From Nitrospirota bacterium (GTDB taxonomy: Bacteria > JACPQY01): a stretch of 20,000 bases of DNA. Positions 1 through 8,660 of this stretch are shown one piece after another. How positions within the stretch are numbered: the stretch's first letter is position 1; every line of letters begins with the position of its first letter. Under the pieces are notes generated by a model. It was not told the DNA's origin, searched no databases, and saw only the letters and a list, made by a program, of their open reading frames with translations. Made by a program: the position numbers and the translations under genes. Location of the stretch: the NCBI GenBank assembly GCA_016180645.1, contig JACPAV010000024.1:116085-136084 (forward strand), written 5' to 3'.

Positions 1-1
1 T

Positions 2-1114
2 TCCGTTAAGACGCTGAAACGGTACGAGGATTTGAAGTTTGGAGAGGATCAGTCTGAACGACAGTTTCCAAGTGGGAGCGTGTCGATGAATACGGATGTG
101 ACCACGTTTCTCCTGGGGCCAGCCGCGGCCTGGCGGGCTTGGCCGGAGGTCCTATCCATCGGCCTCCACGGATTCTACTCGCTGAGGAGCGCCCACACCG
201 GGCGCACGGTCTTCATCAAAGTGGATCCCGATACGTCCGTCGGGCTCGAAACCGTCACTCAGCAGATCAGCCAGGCCTTTCAGGTGGGCTTGGGCTTTTG
301 GGTTCGGCCGTTCCATGCTCTTTCGCTGGGCGCGGCTGCGGACTACACCCTCCCTGTAAAGAATTCATTCACCGTTTCCCGAGCGCTCGTTTCCGTCGAC
401 AAGGAGCGCTTGCGAGAGTTGGCCGGCGAGGTGGTGACCGGACGGACGACGATCGACCAGGCGACCACTGAACTCGATCGGTTCATTGTGACGCCGGAGG
501 TGTCTTCGACCCGCGAGGACTACCGCCAGCCCCTGAGCGTGCGGGTGGGACCGCGCGTCGACCTGCCGACAGGAACCAGCCTCGGATTCGATGTGGTCTG
601 GTACGCGGCCGAGCGCCAATACACTCGCATGCGGGCGTTACCCGGATTTGATCCGGAAACCCAGGTGGTTTCCGAGCCGTGCGATCCGAAGGCGGAGGAG
701 AAGAACCCATTCTTGGTGCCGGAAGTGCCCGCCCCGTTCCATTGTTCGAAGCAGGAGGCCATCGTAAACGTCCACTTCGGTGCGGAGCAGACGTTGCGGC
801 CGGGACTGGTTGTGGCGGCGGGATTCTATACGGATTTCAGCAATCATCCGTCCATTTCGGCCTTGTTTGAAGAAGAAGGGGAAGAGAGGCGGGAGTTGAC
901 CGACCAGAGCGGTTTTCAGATCCAGGCCCCGAGCGAAGTGAATGTGTATCACCTGACGGCAGGCGTCTCCTTACGGAGGGGCGCGATGCTCGTTTCGCCG
1001 GCCCTGAGCTACGGTTGGGGAAGCGGTGCGACACTGTCCATCGCGCCGGTGCAGAAAAGGAAAGAGCTACGCCGGGATGTCCGCGCGGGTTTGGGCGTTT
1101 CGTTCGACTTCTGA
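2..1114 (+). CDS. Outer-membrane beta-barrel protein, FadL/OmpP1/TodX-like (5' truncated by window edge)
   Basis: Frame is open from the window edge. Alternating beta-strand motifs (GFDVVWY, NVHFGAEQ, AAGFYTDFSNHP, YHLTAGVSL) and a C-terminal aromatic signature (GVSFDF). Confidence 0.6.
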   Translation, partial: SVKTLKRYEDLKFGEDQSERQFPSGSVSMNTDVTTFLLGPAAAWRAWPEVLSIGLHGFYSLRSAHTGRTVFIKVDPDTSVGLETVTQQISQAFQVGLGFWVRPFHALSLGAAADYTLPVKNSFTVSRALVSVDKERLRELAGEVVTGRTTIDQATTELDRFIVTPEVSSTREDYRQPLSVRVGPRVDLPTGTSLGFDVVWYAAERQYTRMRALPGFDPETQVVSEPCDPKAEEKNPFLVPEVPAPFHCSKQEAIVNVHFGAEQTLRPGLVVAAGFYTDFSNHPSISALFEEEGEERRELTDQSGFQIQAPSEVNVYHLTAGVSLRRGAMLVSPALSYGWGSGATLSIAPVQKRKELRRDVRAGLGVSFDF

Positions 1115-1116
1115 TA

Positions 1117-1175
1117 CGGAAAAGGGGTCGGGAGTCTTTTCCCAGTCACAGAAAAGACTTCCGACCCCTTTTCCG
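1117..1175. terminator. Long hairpin (25-bp arms, 9-nt loop) between convergent genes; bidirectional terminator or REP-like element
   Basis: CGGAAAAGGGGTCGGGAGTCTTTTC (1117-1141) and GAAAAGACTTCCGACCCCTTTTCCG (1151-1175) are inverted repeats with one mismatch. Confidence 0.75.
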
Positions 1176-1190
1176 GCTCCCGCGAGAGGG

Positions 1191-3083
1191 TCAGTTCTCG
1201 TCGCGGCGTTTGAGCGATGTGACAGCGGGATCGAGAAACGGTCGGTACGTGATCCCGAAGTATTTCAGCTTAAGGCTGAGGTTCGGGGGGCTGAGACCGA
1301 GGGCTTTCGCGGCCTCCACGTTCGACTTGGACCTGTGGAGGTGGTACTCGATGAGCTTGGTCTGAAAGAGGCGTACGAGGGAAGCGTAGTCTTTAGCTTC
1401 CGAGAGAGAGGCCAGGAGGAACGGAAACAGATTCCCCCTCGCCTCCGGAAAACGCTCAAGAAGTTGGGAATCGATCAAGCCACGCACGTACCGGCTGGCT
1501 GCGATGGAAGTTTCCACGATGCGCGTAATGGTGGCGGAGTCGACGGACTCAATCGCGTGGACTCCGAGCACCTGCTCCGGCCATGCAGCCGGAGAGGACG
1601 CGGCGGCGGGGGCGGCCTGACCTGTCACGACGAGCAGGGGGAGATTCGGGTTTAGATTGCGCAGCCGCAAGATCACGGAATCCGGCGTGACCGTTGACGA
1701 TTCACCGGGGTGGATGATCGCCAGGTCGAATCCGCCGCTCCGGACCTGGCGGGCATATCGACCGGCGTCCGCAACGAACTCCGTTTCCACACCTACGTTC
1801 CGCAACACCCCGCCCAGGGCCGCGAGTTGAGCTCGCGGATCATAAATCAGCACCCGCCGTTTGGCCGATCCCTGCACCCAGCCGCTCTGGGCCACGGCCA
1901 TGGAGGTGGAGACGCCTTCGGCGGTCTGCCGGACTGGAAACGGCTGGAGCCGGGTAATCTTCACGATCATCTCCATCTGTCGGGCGATCATTTTCAGGAG
2001 GGCGAAATCCTGGCGCGAGAACAAGACGCCTTCGAACGATTCCCCGAGGCTCAGGACGCCGACGGGTTTCGTGGAGCTCCCGAGGCGGACCACCGCGGCC
2101 AGCCGCTTCTGCCGCATCTCTTCCCGGTAGGGCGATGGCACCTCCGAGGCCCCGACAATAGGTCCGTTCTGGTAGGCCATGATCTCGGGGCTGGGCAGGG
2201 GCAGTTGGGTGTTGCCGACGACGGCGGTGGGTTGTCCCTGATCGTCGAGAACGGCCACATTGAAATCCCGGCTGTCGAAAGCCTCCTGCAGCGATTCAAA
2301 GACGGAGGGCAGGGTGAGCTCGGCATCGGGACTCATCACGGCTTCTCGCACGCGCACATGGAGGCGGTAGCGTTTCGTATTGAGGAGCGGGCCGAGGGCC
2401 ACTTCGGGATCGAAGAATTTCCTTCCGGCCACCGAATAAGCCGTGGCGAGAGCGCCGGGCAGGAACGCGTAAGGCCCGTAGAGATACGAATCCACGTAGC
2501 CGAACATCGGGAGTAGGAGATTCGGAACCGTCGTCAGGAGACCGGAAAACGCCATTCCCGCAAGAAGGATCTCGCTTCGGACCCGTTCGCGGTCGGAAAG
2601 GCGGCCGCTGATCCGGGCACATTCGACAAATGTGATGAATCCAAGAATTCCCAATCCGACGAGTTCGATGGGGTACGCTTTTCCGTACTCGAACGTTACG
2701 AGCGGGATGTCGGCCGTGGTGCCCCGGATCACTTCCGGATGAAAGGCGCCGGCGCCCAGGAGCCCGCTCAGGAATACAGCGGGGGCGAGCGCCCAATTGG
2801 TCGGGTGTTCGTCCCGCCGGGTTTCCAAACTGCGAACGACGAATCCCATGGCCGGGAACAGGAGGGCCATCCCGACGAAAGAAAGCCGGGCCCAGTTGGC
2901 GGCGGCCGCGGTAGAGACATCCGCAGACGTCATGAGAAGACTCAGGCTCCACAGGGCAATCGAAAAGTGTACGCCAAGCGCCAGAAGTCGCGTCCTGTCT
3001 TTCGCTTGAGGAAGCCAAGTGGCCAATCCCAAGGCCACGTAAAGCCCCACGAGGTAAGGCAGGGCCGATTGCCAGAAGTTCAT
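1191..3083 (-). CDS. Membrane-anchored putative one-component regulator: 7TM sensor (HisKA_7TM-like) + GAF-like + degenerate receiver + Fis-type HTH
   Basis: About 7 hydrophobic helices in the first ~220 aa. GAF-like segment VGVLSLGESFEGVLFSRQDFALLKMIARQ. Receiver-like RVLIYD...FDLAIIH...PNLPLLVVT. C-terminal SNVEAAKALGLSPPNLSLKLKYFGI. AAGGGGG RBS precedes the ATG. Confidence 0.7.
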   Translation of the reverse strand: MNFWQSALPYLVGLYVALGLATWLPQAKDRTRLLALGVHFSIALWSLSLLMTSADVSTAAAANWARLSFVGMALLFPAMGFVVRSLETRRDEHPTNWALAPAVFLSGLLGAGAFHPEVIRGTTADIPLVTFEYGKAYPIELVGLGILGFITFVECARISGRLSDRERVRSEILLAGMAFSGLLTTVPNLLLPMFGYVDSYLYGPYAFLPGALATAYSVAGRKFFDPEVALGPLLNTKRYRLHVRVREAVMSPDAELTLPSVFESLQEAFDSRDFNVAVLDDQGQPTAVVGNTQLPLPSPEIMAYQNGPIVGASEVPSPYREEMRQKRLAAVVRLGSSTKPVGVLSLGESFEGVLFSRQDFALLKMIARQMEMIVKITRLQPFPVRQTAEGVSTSMAVAQSGWVQGSAKRRVLIYDPRAQLAALGGVLRNVGVETEFVADAGRYARQVRSGGFDLAIIHPGESSTVTPDSVILRLRNLNPNLPLLVVTGQAAPAAASSPAAWPEQVLGVHAIESVDSATITRIVETSIAASRYVRGLIDSQLLERFPEARGNLFPFLLASLSEAKDYASLVRLFQTKLIEYHLHRSKSNVEAAKALGLSPPNLSLKLKYFGITYRPFLDPAVTSLKRRDEN

Positions 3084-3095
3084 GGTATCCCCCTT

Positions 3096-4217
3096 TTACA
3101 GGAAGTAGCTGTTCTTGACCTTCTGTGGGTTGGAAGCAAGATGCTCGGATTCGAAGCCCACAATTTCGACAATCGGATCGGCCGAGGCCGGATTGTCCTT
3201 GTATGATTCCCTGAAATCAGTATTCACGGTTAATAGTTTTTGAACGATAGCGCCCTTGCATTCAAGAGTCAATCCTTCTGACGGGGGGATTCCCTTAACC
3301 GCTTGAAGAAGGAATTTCAGCCGGGCCGTGCCGGCGGGGGTGTGCGTTACGCCCATTTTGAAGGTGCGGATCGTGGCGGCGGCGAGCGGGTGTTCCAGAA
3401 GCGCAGAGGCCACGGTATCGGGATAAATGTTGGCCCCGTCGATGGAAACCGTACCGTCGCACCGGCCGAAAATAAAGAGAATGGGCAGAGCGAGCCGTTC
3501 AGCCGGGGCATCCACTCCGAGCGCTCGAAGGCGCGCGAAGGTGGCTTCACAATCGAGGACGCCGCCTTCGTCGCCCACGCAGAATGTCACCCGCGGCGAA
3601 ACAGAGTGAGGGTTGAGCGTGGTCACTTCCACTTCGTTCTGGCCCGCTGCATTTCGCGTGGACCGGATGTAGTCGCCCGATGGATTGTACTGCCCGAGAA
3701 ACACTGGCTCACGTTCCGTTCCCAGAATCTCCTTCCGCAAGGTGGGAGAGTCGAGGAGGATTCCGAGCAGTGCCTTGGAGCAGGGAGTTTCGGAAGCGAT
3801 CCCGACTTCGAGATCGGAGGCGCCGTAGGCTGAGACGAGCCGCGCTCCGGGCCTGAGCCCCGATTCCATGAATGTCCGCCAGCCGGAGGGGAAGCCTTCG
3901 CCGCCGGACATCACGTCGACCCGAAACGACTTGACGTCGAATCCCGGCCGGGCGTGGAGGAAGCGGACCAATTCGGCCAGGAAGGGAGGATAGCCCGCCA
4001 GGAGATACCGCTCTCCGGGGCCGAAGATTTGCATGGCTGTCAGGGCGAACCGCCTGGAAATGAGGTGTGCCACGGCGGTGTCGGCGCTCTTGAGATAGGC
4101 TTCGATTCGCGCCGGATTCCTTCTTGCCTGGCGAATCGCCCACCTCAGAATGGGGATGGGGATCCTGGAGTAGAGCGAATGAAGGGTCCTCCACCGAAGA
4201 TTTGCGGGAAACATCAT
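3096..4217 (-). CDS. Phenylacetate-CoA ligase (PaaK)-like adenylate-forming family protein, apparently lacking the N-terminal P-loop region
   Basis: Motifs LAGYPPFL, GGEGF, SAYGASD, QYNP, GDEGG, FGRCDGTVSIDGANIYP and C-terminal KVK. No SSG(S/T)(S/T)G loop present. Start codon uncertain. Confidence 0.65.
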   Translation of the reverse strand: MMFPANLRWRTLHSLYSRIPIPILRWAIRQARRNPARIEAYLKSADTAVAHLISRRFALTAMQIFGPGERYLLAGYPPFLAELVRFLHARPGFDVKSFRVDVMSGGEGFPSGWRTFMESGLRPGARLVSAYGASDLEVGIASETPCSKALLGILLDSPTLRKEILGTEREPVFLGQYNPSGDYIRSTRNAAGQNEVEVTTLNPHSVSPRVTFCVGDEGGVLDCEATFARLRALGVDAPAERLALPILFIFGRCDGTVSIDGANIYPDTVASALLEHPLAAATIRTFKMGVTHTPAGTARLKFLLQAVKGIPPSEGLTLECKGAIVQKLLTVNTDFRESYKDNPASADPIVEIVGFESEHLASNPQKVKNSYFL

Positions 4218-4283
4218 CCAAGCTGCCTGAGAGGCCGATCGACATGAATGCAGCTTAAGTGAATGCATTTCGCTTGGGCACAC

Positions 4284-4555
4284 ACATAGACTCTGTATTA
4301 CAATGCCGACCTTATTTCAAGCATAATTAATATATTTTAATATTATTAACTATACTTCTGTGATCTGCATAATTCCATGGCTTCCGTGAGCAGGCATCGG
4401 ATCTCCGGTCCAAAGCCACATGTCATTGACGCCATGCAGTAATGATGGTAATTGTGTCACTTAGTGACTATATTGAATTCGTATAAGTAATGTTACGTTA
4501 ATGAATGGGTAGAACACCCTAAATATATGGAAGTCTGCGATGGACGGGGGTTAGG
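4284..4555. promoter_or_regulatory. AT-rich divergent promoter region with short palindromes
   Basis: Uninterrupted A/T run at 4323-4349 containing TAATAT-N6-ATATTA. GTCA-T-TGAC at 4422-4430. GTCAC-TTA-GTGAC at 4456-4468. Confidence 0.5.
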
Positions 4556-6118
4556 ATGGGAGTGATCAGAGCCGGCCAAGAATTGAGAGTGCTCCATTTG
4601 GAAGACGATGCCGCCTATCGGAAATTTGTGGTTAACTTGCTTCGGAGGGAGGGGATGGCCGTACGATTCTCGCACGCGGAGAGTTGCGAGGAGTTCGTCC
4701 ATCTGCTCCAAGGGGAGCGATTTGACTTGGTGATTTCGGACTACACGCTTCCGGCCTTCGACGGCCTATCGGCGCTCAGCATAGCCAAGTCGATTCGACC
4801 GGAGCTTCCGTTCATCTTCTTGTCCGGCACGATGGGGGAGGAGCGGGCGGCCGAGGCGGTCCTGAACGGTGCAACGGACTACGTGCTCAAGGATCGGCCG
4901 CTTCGCCTCGTCAGCGTCATCCGCCGGGCCATCCGGGAAGAGGGCGAGAGGGAAGTGCGCCGGAGTTTGGAGGCTCAGCTCCTACAGGCGCAGAAAATGG
5001 AGTGCGTGGGGCGACTGGCCGGTGGGGTCGCGCATGATTTCAACAATCTCCTGACGGTCATTTCGGGGCGGGCGGACATGCTTCTCTCGGGGAAAGGCGA
5101 ATTGGATCCCGACCGCGAAGACCTGGTGGAAATACGTCAGGCCGCAACGAGAGCCGCGGAGCTGACGAGGAGACTCCTTATGTTCGGCCGGGCGGATCAC
5201 CCTCGCGCGCAAAGCCTGGATCCGAGGGTACTGGTCTCCGACCTTCTCAAGATGATCCGCCGCCTCATTGGGGAAGACATCGAGGTGGTCGCCGAGCTGG
5301 CCGAGGACGCCGGATGGATTCGGGTGGACGCGGCGCAGATGGAGCAGGTGTTGGTGAATCTCGCGGTGAACGCGAGGGATGCCATGCCGAGGGGTGGAAA
5401 GCTGATCATTGGGGTGAGGACTCTCGACCTCGATGAGGACTACGCCTCGCGGCACCTCGATGTCCTTCCGGGGCGATACATCGAACTCCGCGTGGAGGAC
5501 AACGGCCAAGGCATCGCCCCCGAGGTACTTCCTCACATCTTCGAGCCGTTTTTCACCACGAAAGAGCCCGGAAAGGGAACGGGTCTCGGCCTGTCCATGG
5601 TGTATGGCGCCGTGCGCCAATGGGGAGGTCACGTGGAGGTTCGGACGTCGCCCGGTGGCGGCGCCGCTTTCTTGATTTACATGCCTCAAGCGGCGGAATC
5701 TGAGTTCTCCGTCTTGCCGACAGAGGCGCAGACGTGTCCACGCGGCTGCGAGACGGTCCTGCTTGTGGAGGACGATGACATGGTGCGAACCATTGCCTGC
5801 CGGATTCTTCGGGCGGGGGGATACGAGGTCATCGAGGCCTCGAACGCTCAGGAGGCGCTGGCGAGGATCGAAAAAAGCGGGCCGCGTCTGGATCTTCTGG
5901 TCACGGATGTGGTGATGCCGGGAATGAGCGGTTGGGAACTCGTGGATCTCGTCCGGCAGAATAGTCCCAAGACCCGCGCGCTTCTGATTTCAGGTTACGA
6001 GGCCCATCAAATGCTTGAGAAGCGGATGTCCGATTCCTACATGCACTTTCTTCCGAAACCCTTTTCCATGAAGACCCTTTCCGAGAAAGTACGCGAGGTC
6101 CTGGACGCAGTCGAGTGA
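4556..6118 (+). CDS. Cytoplasmic hybrid sensor histidine kinase (REC-HisKA-HATPase-REC, CckA-like)
   Basis: REC (HLEDD...DLVISD), H-box GGVAHDFNNLL, N-box NLAVNARDAM, G1 DNGQG, F-box FEPFFTTK, G2 GTGLGL, second REC (LLVEDD...DLLVTDVVMPGMSG...KPF). Confidence 0.93.
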   Translation: MGVIRAGQELRVLHLEDDAAYRKFVVNLLRREGMAVRFSHAESCEEFVHLLQGERFDLVISDYTLPAFDGLSALSIAKSIRPELPFIFLSGTMGEERAAEAVLNGATDYVLKDRPLRLVSVIRRAIREEGEREVRRSLEAQLLQAQKMECVGRLAGGVAHDFNNLLTVISGRADMLLSGKGELDPDREDLVEIRQAATRAAELTRRLLMFGRADHPRAQSLDPRVLVSDLLKMIRRLIGEDIEVVAELAEDAGWIRVDAAQMEQVLVNLAVNARDAMPRGGKLIIGVRTLDLDEDYASRHLDVLPGRYIELRVEDNGQGIAPEVLPHIFEPFFTTKEPGKGTGLGLSMVYGAVRQWGGHVEVRTSPGGGAAFLIYMPQAAESEFSVLPTEAQTCPRGCETVLLVEDDDMVRTIACRILRAGGYEVIEASNAQEALARIEKSGPRLDLLVTDVVMPGMSGWELVDLVRQNSPKTRALLISGYEAHQMLEKRMSDSYMHFLPKPFSMKTLSEKVREVLDAVE

Positions 6119-6250
6119 CCTCCGGTGGGATCGGGGCTGCGGGGAGTCTTTGGAGCGGAGCTTCCGCGCTCTTTGCGAGCGGCCGGCCCAGGCCCCCGGA
6201 CTCGGTCGCGGCATGATAGGCGTTTCAGCGCGGAGCCGACTCCGTATCAA

Positions 6251-7182
6251 TTATTGGGGTGTGAGGCGGGCTGAGTATAGGGTGTGTTGGATCGGCAAGT
6301 CGGCGGGATAGTCGATCTTGCGCCGGGCTGCTTCGGTCATGAGGTGGTACGCGACCTCCACATCCAGGGTGTGGGATCCCGGCGCTCCGGCCACTCGTTC
6401 GGCGAATCTGAACGAGCGTTCCTTACCGGGGTGGAGCCGGTTGTCCCGAAGTTCGAGAATCATCGGACGCCAGAGGATCCATCGCTTCAGGGTATGAGTC
6501 TGCGTTCTGACCATGCTTCCGTCGGCTGCGTTCCGAAGCGTGAACGTGACCGTCACAAAGCGGTCGGGATCACCGGTCGGGAAAGTGTGACCTGCTCCTA
6601 CGTTTGACAATTTCAATTCAACGTCGATCGTGCCTCTCCCATTCTCAAACCGGCTGCGATCTTCCGGTTCGATGCTCACGGCCTTCCGGACCATGTCCCC
6701 ATCATGCCCGCCTCTCCACAGGTGGCGTTTGGAAGGTCTCACCGGGCCGCCGAATGCCACGGGGCGCTCGACGGCAGGCATGTGACACTGGATGCAACCG
6801 TATCCCTGAACGGGGTCGTCCCTGACTTCCGCATAGGTTCCGCACGGCGGGCCGATGTAGAACATACCGGGGTCCTTCCCTTCCACCTCGTGGCAACGGC
6901 GGCACACACCGCCGCCATCGAGAAATGAGGCATCCTGTCGAACCGGGTGAGGCGCCGCCGAATCCGCGTACGGGCCAACGATAACGCCGTCTTGAACGTG
7001 GCAGATAGCGCACGTTCCGAAACCGTGAAGATTCTCAGCGGGCCGAACAGGCGATAGCCCAGCGAACCCATCGACGCAACCAGCAGGGCGATCACCCCGA
7101 TGGCGGCCTGACCGTGTGCGGACCATCCAACCCCGATCACCTTCCCCCACGGCGTTGTTGAATTCGGCCGGCTCCACAACAT
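6251..7182 (-). pseudogene. Membrane-anchored multiheme cytochrome c (c554-like family), frameshifted/internally deleted near 7016-7020
   Basis: Three CxxCH motifs (CAICH, CRRCH, CIQCH) and family-like GAGHTFPTGDPDR in one frame. The hydrophobic anchor (AAIGVIALLVASMGSLGYRLFGP) lies upstream in a different frame. Confidence 0.65.
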
Positions 7183-7195
7183 CTTCAACGCAGCA

Positions 7196-7717
7196 CTAAG
7201 GCTTGAAGGAGAACGCATCCAACGTGAGTGGCGGTTCCTTTTCGCCGGCGAATTCGAAGTGGCCGCGAACGGAAAGCGGCGATGGCCCCCGAGAGTGCGG
7301 GTCCGCCAGCAACTCGTGCAGCACTTCGTTTTGCGCCAAGCTCAAGCGTTGTTCACTGCCTGAGACGACGAAGAAGAACGAGAAACCTTGTCGGAGGAGG
7401 ATTCCCTCGGCCTCGATCCGCACCGCGCCGACTTTCTGCCCGGCCTTCTCTACCAATTGTCTTATCCTGGGGAAGTCGACGGGTTTCCCCGGCTTCGGGA
7501 TGATTTCGGCCTTCTGCTTCTTGAGACTCACGTCCACGCGGTCCACGGTCGGTAACTTGGCGAGAGCCCGACGGGCCCCCAGCGCGCAGAACGGTCAGGT
7601 CATGCCGAGGACCTCCACCTCGATCCGCATGATCTCGGCGCGGGATGGGAGGGGAACCGCCACGACGCTCAGCACGGAAGCGATGAAGAACATCTTGAAA
7701 AGGTCTCGGGGTTTCAC
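7196..7717 (-). CDS. Secreted heavy-metal-associated (HMA, MerP/CopZ-like) selenoprotein with GMT-U-PFC motif
   Basis: ORFs 7595..7789 and 7196..7546 share one frame and are joined by a single TGA (7595-7597) at the first-Cys position of GMxCxxC. GTG start at 7717 with GAAGGGA RBS. Signal-peptide-like N-terminus. Confidence 0.85.
7562..7580 (-). promoter_or_regulatory. Candidate bacterial SECIS hairpin
   Basis: GGGGGCCC-GTC-GGGCTCTC stem-loop (two G-U pairs). The apical loop starts with G, 22 nt after the UGA. Confidence 0.6.
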
Positions 7718-7730
7718 CGGTCGTCCCTTC

Positions 7731-8612
7731 TCAAAAGAGGGCGTACGCACCGGCGCGAATCTTCCGGTCCTGAGAAAGTTGTGTCCCATTCAAGTTCTCC
7801 CATAGTGGAAGTTGGTATGAAATCTCGAAGGTGAAACGATCCATCAGGAAATACTGGATCCCGGGGGCCGCGAAGAGGGAGTTCCCACCCGAGTCGGTTA
7901 TGGCCTGGTTGAAATGCCTTGACCGACCGGCGACCCCGCCGTTCAGTTCAAGCATGACATAGAATTCGGATCGCGCTTTTTCACTCGACAGCGCGAGGTA
8001 TTCCGCGGAAAGGTTGACGCCCACGACATGCCCTTGTCGCACCCCGCTGTTCGACCCGTTGAGTTGCCCGGCGGGTCCCGCGTAGATTCCCGCCTTCTTG
8101 TGTATGTACTGGAAGGGCAGGTCCCAGATGAAATCGTAGGAGCCGCTGCCGATGTTGTCTGCGCCCGTCGGGACTTTTACCCCGGCAGCCGGCCCGAATT
8201 GTAGGCGTGTCGAGGGGCCCAGACGTTTGAAGACATCCGGGGAATAGCGAGCGAGGAACACGGCTTCGCCGATTCCACTCGCCTCGCTGCTTGCACCGCT
8301 TGAATCGCGGGCTTCAGTTCGCACGTATGGAACAGCGGCCGCCAGGGTCAGATCTTCATTGACCGGGAATGCGCCCATGAGGCCGATGACCTGGGCTTCC
8401 ATCTTGGGCCGGCTGCCGGGGATGTCCCCGGTGGTCCCAAGAAGCGTTTCCTTCCGAATGATGTCGGTGAAAACCCGCGCGAGTCCGACACCGGAAAAGA
8501 GCGTCTGGGCCGCCGAGCCTTGAATCGGCAAAGCGTGTGCCGTCGCCGCCATCGTAACCACAGCCCCCATCAGGAGCCCCAAAACGCGGGCCGGCCATTG
8601 GACGGATCTCAT
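7731..8612 (-). CDS. Outer-membrane beta-barrel 'transporter' (MetA-pathway of phenol degradation/SphA-like family)
   Basis: Signal peptide (..ATAHA), SGIGEAVFLARY, GVKVPTG, GSGSYDF, DSGGNSLFAAPGIQY, YQLPLWENLNGTQL, terminal Phe. Confidence 0.75.
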   Translation of the reverse strand: MRSVQWPARVLGLLMGAVVTMAATAHALPIQGSAAQTLFSGVGLARVFTDIIRKETLLGTTGDIPGSRPKMEAQVIGLMGAFPVNEDLTLAAAVPYVRTEARDSSGASSEASGIGEAVFLARYSPDVFKRLGPSTRLQFGPAAGVKVPTGADNIGSGSYDFIWDLPFQYIHKKAGIYAGPAGQLNGSNSGVRQGHVVGVNLSAEYLALSSEKARSEFYVMLELNGGVAGRSRHFNQAITDSGGNSLFAAPGIQYFLMDRFTFEISYQLPLWENLNGTQLSQDRKIRAGAYALF

Positions 8613-8625
8613 GCTTCCTGCATCC

Positions 8626-8655
8626 TCACGCCGCGCAGCAGGAGAGTTCCGCCAT
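8626..8655 (-). pseudogene. Micro-ORF MAELSCCAA resembling the C-terminus of a second mercuric reductase
   Basis: GAGGAG RBS 9 nt before the ATG. LSCCAA-stop parallels LSCCAS-stop of the merA in this window. Confidence 0.45.
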
Positions 8656-8660
8656 TTTCT

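Noticed and set aside
8356-8628. Sec readthrough of the TGA after LSCCAA
   Set aside because: It would run out of frame over the barrel gene, and LSCCAA-stop is a natural MerA-type ending.
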